Assembly: GCA_963752285.1 (NCBI GenBank)
Contig: CAVVXN010000001.1
Location: forward strand, 96,001-160,000
Length of the DNA stretch: 64,000 bases
Source: an uncultured Planctomycetota bacterium
GTDB lineage: Bacteria; Planctomycetota; PLA2; JAEUHO01
Direction: 5' to 3'
The translations under genes were made by a program, and so were the position numbers. The notes beneath the pieces are model-generated. The model saw only the letters and a program-made list of their open reading frames with translations. It was not told the DNA's origin and did not search any database. This document shows, in pieces, positions 8,181 through 16,320 of the stretch. The number at the start of each line of letters is the position of its first letter. The first letter of the stretch is position 1.

Positions 8181-10069
8181 TGCGGATGCGGGTGGTTGTT
8201 GTCTTTCTGCTCGTTCTCGGGGCGTCCGGTGCGGCCGGTGCGCCCGACGGCTCGCCGGTGGGCGCGCGCCTGTCGGTGTTCGGCGAGGGCGGCGGTCCGG
8301 CGGTCGAGGGCGACGTCTTCCACCTGCTCGACGCGGCGAAGTCCCCGCGGCAGTCGAACGCGCTGGCCTTCGACCGCGCCGACGAGGGCGCGCGGGACCG
8401 CGTGACCCTCCGGTGCCGGATGCGCGTCCTCGCGGGGGGTGACGGCGGCTCGTACCTCTTCCTGAACACGGCGGAATACGGCGTCCGCGGCCCCGCGCCG
8501 TTCCTGCCGAGCGTCGTGGAGCCGAACCTCCGCCGCTCGTTCGCGGTGGGTATCGACGTCCACGACCCGCCGAGCCAGGAGGTGTTCACCCCGTGGGGCA
8601 ACTACCAGGACCTCCCGCAACGCGAGGTCTCGCTCCACTGGGACGGGCGCGAGATCGTGAAGCGCGTCTCGCCCGAAGAGTTCCGCGGCGACGACGCGGA
8701 GGTGGAGATCACGCTCCGGATGGTCGTCGGCGGGGCCGAGGCGACGGTGCGAATCGGCGAGGGCACCGTCTACGACGCCTACTTCGTGCCCGGCGTCACG
8801 CCCTACGAGACACGCCTCGCGATCGCGGCCGGCACGCGTTCCGACGCCACGACGACCTTCGACGTCTCCGACGTGGCGTTCACCGTCGGGGCGCCGGCGC
8901 GGCCGACACGCCGGCCGCACCACGTCGCGGTCTTCAACCACGTCCTCACGGACAACCGGAAGACCGCGTTCGACGAGGAGGTCACGCTCCCCCCCGCGGA
9001 GTTCGCGTTCGGCCGCGTGCTCATGACGATCGACATCCACGACGCCGGACCCGACTGGGACGAGTGGGACCGGAACGGCGAGGTCTCGGTCTGGACGAAG
9101 GACGGCGAGAAGCTCCCGATCGTCTCCTTCATCACGTCGTACCGAACGCCGTGCCACTGGGTGGTGGACGTCACACACCTCCGCCCGCTCCTCTCCGGCA
9201 CGACCCGACTCGAGATCGCGGCGGGGACGACCTTCTACAAGAACCGCGGCTTCATGATGAGCCTGGCGCTCGATTTCTGTCCCGGCACCGCGGACCCCGA
9301 GCCCTGGCGCGTGGTCCCGGTGTGGGTCGGGACCGCGCACCATGGACCGCCGGACAACCACTTCCAGGACTTCTTCGTCCCGCGGACCGTCGCGATCCCC
9401 GCGGAGGCGACGGCGGCCCGGCTCGTCGTGACGACGACGGGCCACGCCCAGGTCGGCGAGTTCACGCCCTCGCGCCGCACGATCGTCTTCACCCCCGACG
9501 TCGCCGCCTCCCCATCGGTCGAGCGCCGCTTCGAGAGCGCCCTCTGGAAGACCGACTGCTACCTGAACCCGAACCGCCCCCAGTTCGGGACCTGGCAGTT
9601 CTCGCGCGCCGGGTGGGCCCCGGGCGACGTCGTCCGGCCGTGGTGGATCGACCTGGCGCCCGACCTCCAGCCGGGCAAGGAGGCCGGGCTCCGATACGAG
9701 ACCCAGGCGTACGACTTCTCGGGGCAGGACGAGAAGCCGACGGAGAAGCAGGTCGCCGAGGCCTCACAGGTGGTCCGCGCGTACCTGATCCTGTACCGCG
9801 CCCCCTCCGCGCAGGTCACCCCCCCCACCCTCCTCGTCGCCGACGTGGCCAGGGGCAGCCACGCCGAGGGCGCCGGCGTACAGGCGGGGGACTACCTCTC
9901 GTCGTACGACGGGAAGCCCGTGGACTCGCTCGACGACCTCCGCGCTGCGCTGAAGGCCGCGGAGGCCGCGGGAGAGAAGGAGGTCCGGATCGTGCTCTAC
10001 CGCGGCGCCGAGCGGGTGGAGCTGACCCTGCCACCGGGCCGCATGGGCGTCAGCCTCACGGGGGAATGA
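8180..10069 (+). CDS. Secreted PNGase F-like protein with C-terminal PDZ domain
   Basis: Signal peptide; WDEWDR, FITSY, TTGH..GEF, SRAGWAPG motifs; C-terminal PDZ-like segment (GSHAEGAGVQAGDYLSSYDGKPV). Confidence 0.8.
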   Translation: MRMRVVVVFLLVLGASGAAGAPDGSPVGARLSVFGEGGGPAVEGDVFHLLDAAKSPRQSNALAFDRADEGARDRVTLRCRMRVLAGGDGGSYLFLNTAEYGVRGPAPFLPSVVEPNLRRSFAVGIDVHDPPSQEVFTPWGNYQDLPQREVSLHWDGREIVKRVSPEEFRGDDAEVEITLRMVVGGAEATVRIGEGTVYDAYFVPGVTPYETRLAIAAGTRSDATTTFDVSDVAFTVGAPARPTRRPHHVAVFNHVLTDNRKTAFDEEVTLPPAEFAFGRVLMTIDIHDAGPDWDEWDRNGEVSVWTKDGEKLPIVSFITSYRTPCHWVVDVTHLRPLLSGTTRLEIAAGTTFYKNRGFMMSLALDFCPGTADPEPWRVVPVWVGTAHHGPPDNHFQDFFVPRTVAIPAEATAARLVVTTTGHAQVGEFTPSRRTIVFTPDVAASPSVERRFESALWKTDCYLNPNRPQFGTWQFSRAGWAPGDVVRPWWIDLAPDLQPGKEAGLRYETQAYDFSGQDEKPTEKQVAEASQVVRAYLILYRAPSAQVTPPTLLVADVARGSHAEGAGVQAGDYLSSYDGKPVDSLDDLRAALKAAEAAGEKEVRIVLYRGAERVELTLPPGRMGVSLTGE

Positions 10070-10133
10070 CCTCTCCCCGCGTGGCGTTCCGCCTCTCGCT
10101 TTGGACGTACACTCCTTTGCCGAGGAGGCACCC

Positions 10134-10583
10134 ATGTCGAAGCTGCCGCGCCCCAAGGGGCACCACACGATCACGCCGGGGTTCGCCGTCGAGCACGCCT
10201 CCGACGTGCTCTCGTTTCTCCAGAAGGCATTCGGGGCGAAGGTCGTCGATCGCTACGACGGGCCGGGCGGCGCGATCATGCACTGCGAGGTCATGCTCGG
10301 CGACTCCTCCGTGATGTTCGGCCAGGCGATGCCGGGCTACGACCCGATGCCCGCCTCGCTCTCGTACTACGTCGACGACGCGAAGGCCGTCGATGACACG
10401 TACGCGCGGGCGATCGCCGCCGGCGCCCAGTCGGTCATGGCCCCGAAGAACCAGTTCTACGGCTACCGCTCCGCGACCGTGAAGGACATGGGCGGGAACA
10501 AGTGGACGATCTGCGCCGTGATCGAGCAGCTCACGAAAGAGCAGATCGAAGAACGCATGGCCGCCATGCCGAAGGGCGACTGA
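10134..10583 (+). CDS. VOC/PhnB-like glyoxalase family protein
   Basis: GHHTITP..AFGA..IMHCEVMLGDS..QFYGYRSATVKDMGGNKW; GAGGAG RBS. Confidence 0.9.
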   Translation: MSKLPRPKGHHTITPGFAVEHASDVLSFLQKAFGAKVVDRYDGPGGAIMHCEVMLGDSSVMFGQAMPGYDPMPASLSYYVDDAKAVDDTYARAIAAGAQSVMAPKNQFYGYRSATVKDMGGNKWTICAVIEQLTKEQIEERMAAMPKGD

Positions 10584-10609
10584 CGCGCGGCCGAGCGTGG
10601 CGTGCCGGC

Positions 10610-11559
10610 GTGACCCTCGCACCCCTCCCGCCCGCGGTCCCCGTCTTCGGACGGCGGCGCGCGGGCTGCTCGTACCGGTCCCGGCCCTCCGCGTACGCCC
10701 TGCTGCGGGACCGTGAGGGGCGCATCGCCGTGGTGGTCACGCCGCGGGGCGTCCACCTCCCCGGTGGAGGATACGAGGGCGGGGAGCGCGCCGAGACGGC
10801 GGTGGTTCGGGAGGTGAGGGAGGAGGCGGCCTCTTCGTCGAGGTCGTCCGGCCGCTCGGCCGGGCCGTCGAGCACCTCGAGGCCGAGCGCGAGGGACGGT
10901 TCTCGGTGGACGCCCGCTACTTCGAGGTCCACCGCGTCGCGGCCCGCGCCGACGCTCCGACCGAGCCGGACCACGCGACCTCGTGGCTCCCCGCGGGCGT
11001 GGCCATGCGTCGCGTGCTGCGGCGGAGCCACGCCTGGGCGATCGCTCGGTTCGCGATGTCGCCCGTCGCGGCGATCGGAAGAGACGCGCGTCCCCCGACG
11101 CACGTGCGTGCCTTCACACACGACGACGCGCCCGCGTGCGAGGCGGTCCTCCGCGCGCTTCCGGAGTGGTTCGGGATCGAAGAGGCGCTCCGCGGGTACG
11201 TAGAGGCCCTCGATCGCCCGCCGGCCCGGGTCGCGGAACGAGACGGTTCGATCGTCGGCTTCGTCCAGTGGACGCGCGCGCGGGAGGAGGACGCCGAGAT
11301 CCACGTCCTCGCGGTCCGGCCCGAATGCCGCGGCTCGGGGGTCGGTCACGCGCTGCTCGTGGCGGCGGAGGCGGCGCTCTCGGCCGAAGGCGTGCGGACG
11401 CTTCGCGTGAAGACGCTCGGCCCCTCCCGCCCGGATGCCCACTACGCCCGCACACGCAGCAGCTACGAGCGCTGGGGCTTCTTCGCGACGGGCGAGTCGC
11501 GCAGGGAGTGGGGGCCGGAGAATCCCTGCCTCACGATGGAGAAGTCGCTCGAGCGCTGA
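10610..11559 (+). pseudogene. NUDIX hydrolase-GNAT acetyltransferase fusion with a 1-bp frameshift near 10829
   Basis: Nudix box [22 protein letters not shown]. Adding one G gives [14 protein letters not shown], continuous with ORF 10906-11559 ([21 protein letters not shown]). Confidence 0.75.
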
Positions 11560-11663
11560 CGGCGATCGGACCCCTCGTCGCCGTACTTCGACATCGACGG
11601 CCGGCGTCGCCGGTATCCTCGGTGTCCTACCCCCTCGGGCCCGGACGGCCCACGGCGAGCCCC

Positions 11664-12389
11664 ATGGGACGGATCTTCGAGAAACGCAAGACGACGATGT
11701 TCGCCCGGTGGGACCGGGTGTCGAAGCAGTTCTCCCGCATCGCGAAGGAGATCGCCATCGCCGTCAAGTCGGGCAGCGCCGACCCCGTCGCGAACCCGTC
11801 CCTCCGGCGCGCGATCCAGAACGCGCGCGCCGCGAACATGCCGAAGGACAAGATCGAGAACGCGATCCGCCGCGCGTCGGGCCACGACGGGGTCGCGTAC
11901 GAGGAGATCCTGTACGAGGGCTACGGCCCCCACGGCATCGCGATCCTCGTGGAGGCCGCCACCGACAACCCGACCCGCACCGTCGCGATCGTGCGCAGCG
12001 CGTTCAAGGCCCACGGCGGAAACCTCGGCGCGACGGGCAGCGTCGGGTTCCAGTTCCAGCGGATGGGCGTCTTCCGTGTCGATGCCCACGCCGTCGAGGA
12101 CGCCGACGCACTCGAGCTCGACATGATCGACCACGGGCTGGAGGAGATGCGCGAGGGCGAGGGAGAGAAGGGCGAGCCCCAGCTGATCCTCCGTTGCGGC
12201 TTCGGCGACCTGGGGAACCTGCAGAAGGCGCTCGAGGAGCGCGGCATCCACCCGGTGTCGGCGGGCTCCGAGTACCTCTGCCGGAACCTCATCGAGCTGC
12301 CCGGGGACCAGGCGAACGAGGTCCTCGCGCTGGCGGACGCGCTCGAGCAGGACGACGACGTCCAGCACGTCTTCACCGCGCTCGCCTGA
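11664..12389 (+). CDS. yebC: YebC/PmpR family protein
   Basis: [57 protein letters not shown]. Confidence 0.93.
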   Translation: MGRIFEKRKTTMFARWDRVSKQFSRIAKEIAIAVKSGSADPVANPSLRRAIQNARAANMPKDKIENAIRRASGHDGVAYEEILYEGYGPHGIAILVEAATDNPTRTVAIVRSAFKAHGGNLGATGSVGFQFQRMGVFRVDAHAVEDADALELDMIDHGLEEMREGEGEKGEPQLILRCGFGDLGNLQKALEERGIHPVSAGSEYLCRNLIELPGDQANEVLALADALEQDDDVQHVFTALA

Positions 12390-12428
12390 CCGCGAGGGGA
12401 ACGCGACGCGCGTGCGCGGTCCCCGCGA

Positions 12429-14204
12429 CTAGTCGAGCACCTCCCCGTCCGCGTCGGGGAGGTGTCCCCGGTCCGAGCTCATCGGCGACGACTCCGCAGC
12501 ATCGAGCAGGACGTCCACGACGAACGGGCCCTTGGCCGCCAGCGCCCGCTCGAGCGAAGGGGCGAGATCCGTCTCCGACGTGACCGTCGCACCATCCGCG
12601 CCCAGGCTCCGCGCGAACGCGACGAAGTCCGCTCGCGGGATCTCCGTCTCCCCGGGCGCGGAAACGTCCGCGCGGACGCTCGTCGCGGAGGCACGCCGAC
12701 GGGCCTCGTTCAGCACGATCCACACGGCACGCGCCCCCGCGCCGAGGGCCGTCCGGATCTCCTGCCCCTCGAGCATCGAGCGCTCGTCCACCACCGCGAC
12801 GGCCGGGCCACCCCGGCCGAGGGCCGCGCCGACCACGCCACACGCCATGCGTCCTCGCGAGCCGGCTGTCGCGCCCGCGCGGTAGCGCCGCGGTCGATCG
12901 AAGCGGAGGTGATGGTTCGCCCACGCGAACGCGGGACCCGACTCGGACAGCACGACCGCGTCACTGCGCTCGACCACGACGTGCTGCACCGCATCCATCA
13001 ACGCCTGCGGTCGGACCGCGCCCTCCTCGCGGAGATCGACGGCGAGAGGATGGACCGGGAGGGAGGACCGCGGCGAAGGCCCGGCCTCGCGAAGACACGG
13101 CAGGAGCTCCCGCAGGAAGGCGCTCACGTCCGCCTGGATCCCGAACGTGGGTACGTGCGGGTAGGCGGCGCCGAACACCGCCGGGTCGAGGTCCACGTGC
13201 ACGACGCCGCCGGGCGGGACGCGCCGGCGATCCCACTGCGACGTGAGCTCGCCGAGCCGCGTACCGAGAACGAGCAGGCGTCCGGGCCGCTCCCGTTCCA
13301 GGAACGAGAGGGCCGACGCATGCCCGCCGACTCCCGTGACCCCCACGAAGAGCGGGTGGGACTCGGGGAACACGCCCTTTCCGCGCGGCGAGCACATCAC
13401 GCCGGCTCCGGTCCGCTCGGCCACGGACCGCACGAGTGGCGACGCGTCGCGCGCGCCGGCCCCGACCCAGATCGCGAACCCCGCCCTCTGCAGGAGCAGA
13501 GCGGCGCGACGCGCGTCCGCGTGGGCCACCGAGGGAACCGCGACGTCGATCGGCGCGTCGAGCGAGAGGGCCACGCGATGCGCGTCCACGGAACGCGCCT
13601 GGCTCGACGTCGGGACGGAGACGTGGGCGACGAAGCGATGCCGCCCGGCCAGGCCGACGAGCAGGCGTCGAACGACCTCGGGCAGGTCGTCGCCTCCCAA
13701 CACCGGCACGGCGAGGTCGAAGAGGTGCGTGTCGTGAAGCGCCCCCTGGACCGCGGCGTACGGGCTCGTCTCCCCGGCGGCGCCGCGTCCCCACTTCGAG
13801 ACGCCCGTCGAGGACGAGAGCAGGACGAGCTTCGCGCGGTCCGCGCGGGCCGCGGCCACCCCGGGCAGGGCCTCGAGGACACCGTGGTCCGCGGCGACCA
13901 CGACCGCCGCGGGCCTGCCCGTCGCGTGGTGGTGCTCGAGCGCGGCGAACACCGCGCCGCCGGCGTCGCGCAGCGGCACGAAGTCGATCGCCGAGCGCGC
14001 GACCGCTTCGTAGAGCGGGCCGCGCGTCCCGTCCCGGGCCCCGAACACGCGCCCGACCCCTGCGCGGCGCAGCCCCTCGACCAGCGCCGCCGCGACCGTG
14101 ACGGTCCGCGCCGGTGCCCCCCGAGACGGCTCGGCTCGACCCGTCTCCCGTTCCCGGCCTGGCCGCGCTCGCGTATCGAGGGAGTCCGTACGGGTCACCG
14201 ACAT
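12429..14204 (-). CDS. ThDP-dependent acetolactate synthase/ScyA-like protein with degenerate cofactor motifs
   Basis: AIWVGAGAR..VMCSPRGKGVFPESHP..GVTGVGGH..LVLGTRLGE..GPFVVDV. The expected GDG motif reads DERS. Confidence 0.8.
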   Translation of the reverse strand: MSVTRTDSLDTRARPGRERETGRAEPSRGAPARTVTVAAALVEGLRRAGVGRVFGARDGTRGPLYEAVARSAIDFVPLRDAGGAVFAALEHHHATGRPAAVVVAADHGVLEALPGVAAARADRAKLVLLSSSTGVSKWGRGAAGETSPYAAVQGALHDTHLFDLAVPVLGGDDLPEVVRRLLVGLAGRHRFVAHVSVPTSSQARSVDAHRVALSLDAPIDVAVPSVAHADARRAALLLQRAGFAIWVGAGARDASPLVRSVAERTGAGVMCSPRGKGVFPESHPLFVGVTGVGGHASALSFLERERPGRLLVLGTRLGELTSQWDRRRVPPGGVVHVDLDPAVFGAAYPHVPTFGIQADVSAFLRELLPCLREAGPSPRSSLPVHPLAVDLREEGAVRPQALMDAVQHVVVERSDAVVLSESGPAFAWANHHLRFDRPRRYRAGATAGSRGRMACGVVGAALGRGGPAVAVVDERSMLEGQEIRTALGAGARAVWIVLNEARRRASATSVRADVSAPGETEIPRADFVAFARSLGADGATVTSETDLAPSLERALAAKGPFVVDVLLDAAESSPMSSDRGHLPDADGEVLD

Positions 14205-14374
14205 GGCCGTCGCTCCTTTGGAGAAGGACCTGGACCTGCGTCAGGGGGTGGCCGCGGCGCGCGCGGAGTTACCTCGGGGCGACCCGGACGCGCCGTCGGC
14301 CCCGTACAATCGGGCCCGGCCGGCGTCGGGGGCGGCCCGGGGTCGGGCGGGTGGAGGCCGGTGGAGATCGGACC

Positions 14375-15301
14375 ATGGGGCCCCTCGGAGCCTCGGGGCG
14401 CGACGACGACGCCCGACGCGAGACCTTCGCGGCGGGACTTCGCGAGGCGATGTCCCTCTGGGGCCCGTTCGAGCTCCCCCCCGAGCGATTCGAGGAGGAG
14501 GCCACGACGCGGATCCGACGGCGCCTAGAGCGGTCGGGAGCCGACGCGACGTCCGAGGCGGTCCGAGGCGCGCTCGCGCGGACGTCCCTCCCCGACCTCG
14601 CGCTCGCCGTGGCCTGCTCCGACGGCGCTTCCGGATCGTGGGACACCCTGGTCGGCCGGCTCACGCCTCGACTCGTCGGGCTCGCCCAGGCGCGCGGAGC
14701 GTCGGGCGCCGAGGCGCGGGTCCTCGCGGCCGACGTGCTCTCCGAGATGTCGATCCCCGCCAGCGGCGGCCGGGTTCGGAGGCTCATCGACACGTACGAG
14801 GGCGCCGGAAGCCTGTTCGGCTGGGCGGCGGTGATCCTCGTGCGCCGGCTCCACCGAGCGCGGCACCGCGACGCCGCACGGGCCGGCCACGCGACCGCCG
14901 AGGCGACCGGACGAGAGTCTCGAGCTTCCCATGGCGCCGACCCGGCGGCGGTGGCCGCGGGGGCCGAAGCGGTCGCGAGTTTTCGCCGCGCGCTCCAGGC
15001 CGCGTGGACCGCCCTCTCGGGGCGCGAGCGGCTCGCCCTCTCGTGGCGCTACCTCGACGGGATCCCGCAGACCCGGATCGCGACGCTGCTCCGGGTGAGC
15101 GAGCCGCACACGAGCCGCATCGTGACGGGCGCCGTGGCGCGCCTGCGAACCGGCCTCGAGCGGGCGCTCGGCCACGAGGCGAACGGGCCGGAGGGCGCAT
15201 GGCCCGCGCTCGTCGAGGTTCTTCGCGCCCAGATGGTATCCGCGAGGCCCGTGCCGCCACTCCCTACGGGGGAGGCTCCCCCCGCACGAGGTCCCCGATG
15301 A
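14375..15301 (+). CDS. ECF-type sigma-70 factor
   Basis: DLALAVAC..G..W; YEGAGSLFGW (region 2); LSGRERLALSWRYLDGIPQTRIATLL (region 4). Confidence 0.85.
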   Translation: MGPLGASGRDDDARRETFAAGLREAMSLWGPFELPPERFEEEATTRIRRRLERSGADATSEAVRGALARTSLPDLALAVACSDGASGSWDTLVGRLTPRLVGLAQARGASGAEARVLAADVLSEMSIPASGGRVRRLIDTYEGAGSLFGWAAVILVRRLHRARHRDAARAGHATAEATGRESRASHGADPAAVAAGAEAVASFRRALQAAWTALSGRERLALSWRYLDGIPQTRIATLLRVSEPHTSRIVTGAVARLRTGLERALGHEANGPEGAWPALVEVLRAQMVSARPVPPLPTGEAPPARGPR

Positions 15302-16320
15302 CGATCGACGCCGATTCCCGTGACGCGTTCCTGGTGGATCAGGCCACGAGGGCCGACGCCGGTCCCTGCCCCGACGCGAGCGTGGTCGCCGGCCTCGTCG
15401 AGGGGGCGCTGCTCGACGACGAGGGGGAGCGCGTCGCCGCGCACGCGGCCCTGTGCCCGGCATGTCGGGAGGCGATCGTGGTCCTGGCCGAGGCCGGCGA
15501 GGGCGACGTGCGGTCCCGTGCGCCCAGGCCCGCGCCCGCCCCGCGCGCGCGGCCCCGCCCGCGGCGGCTCCCACCCCGCCGGCTCGTCGCGATCGCCGCC
15601 CTCGTCCTCGTCGGGGTCGGCGCCCTCGCGCTCCTCGCCCACGCCCCCACCGAGAGCGACGCGCACGCCGGCACCGACGCCCGCCTCCTCGCCGCCGCGC
15701 GGGACCTCGCGTCGGCCGACCCGGGCCTCTTCGCGCGCTTCACGCCCCTCACGCACGACGAGCGGACCGCGGCCCGCGGCGTCCGCGAGCGCGGCGGGCT
15801 CGTGCTCCTCGGGCCGCGGGAGGTCGTGCTCTCGGACCGCCCCGCGTTTCGCTGGGAGACGGTCCCGGGATCGACGCGCTACGAGGTGACGGTCCTGGGG
15901 GCCGACGACCGGCCGATCTGGACCCGGGCCGCGACCGGCACGAGCCTCCCCTATCCCGACGACGAGCCCGCCTTGGAGGCGGGCACGCGCCACGCGTGGG
16001 CGCTCTCGACACAGGGCGTCCTCGGCGGGCGTACCGAGTCGCGCGCCACGTTCACCGTCGCCTCGCCCGACCAGGCTGACGCCTTCGCGCGCGCCCGGCG
16101 CGCGATCACGGACCGCGCGCCCGCCGATCTGGCCGCGCTCCTCTGTGCGCACTGGGCGCTCCGGCACGGTCTCCTCGACGAGGCCGAGCAGCTCGCGAAC
16201 GCGGCGCTGGCCGACGATCCCGACGACGACGCGCGCGTGGAGACGCTCCGCGCGGTCCTGCGCCGGCGCGGCGCGAGCACCACGGGCGCGGCCCGGGGGT
16301 CCGGGGCGGGAACGCGATGA
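15298..16320 (+). CDS. Zinc-finger (HxxxCxxC) anti-sigma factor with TM helix and extracytoplasmic domain
   Basis: CPD..HAALCPACRE; hydrophobic LVAIAALVLVGVGALALLA; ATGA overlap with the sigma stop. Confidence 0.85.
   Translation: MTIDADSRDAFLVDQATRADAGPCPDASVVAGLVEGALLDDEGERVAAHAALCPACREAIVVLAEAGEGDVRSRAPRPAPAPRARPRPRRLPPRRLVAIAALVLVGVGALALLAHAPTESDAHAGTDARLLAAARDLASADPGLFARFTPLTHDERTAARGVRERGGLVLLGPREVVLSDRPAFRWETVPGSTRYEVTVLGADDRPIWTRAATGTSLPYPDDEPALEAGTRHAWALSTQGVLGGRTESRATFTVASPDQADAFARARRAITDRAPADLAALLCAHWALRHGLLDEAEQLANAALADDPDDDARVETLRAVLRRRGASTTGAARGSGAGTR

Noticed and set aside
12429..14204. Scytonemin biosynthesis cluster
   Set aside because: Only a degenerate ScyA-like gene is present, with no scyB/scyC or aromatic pathway genes.
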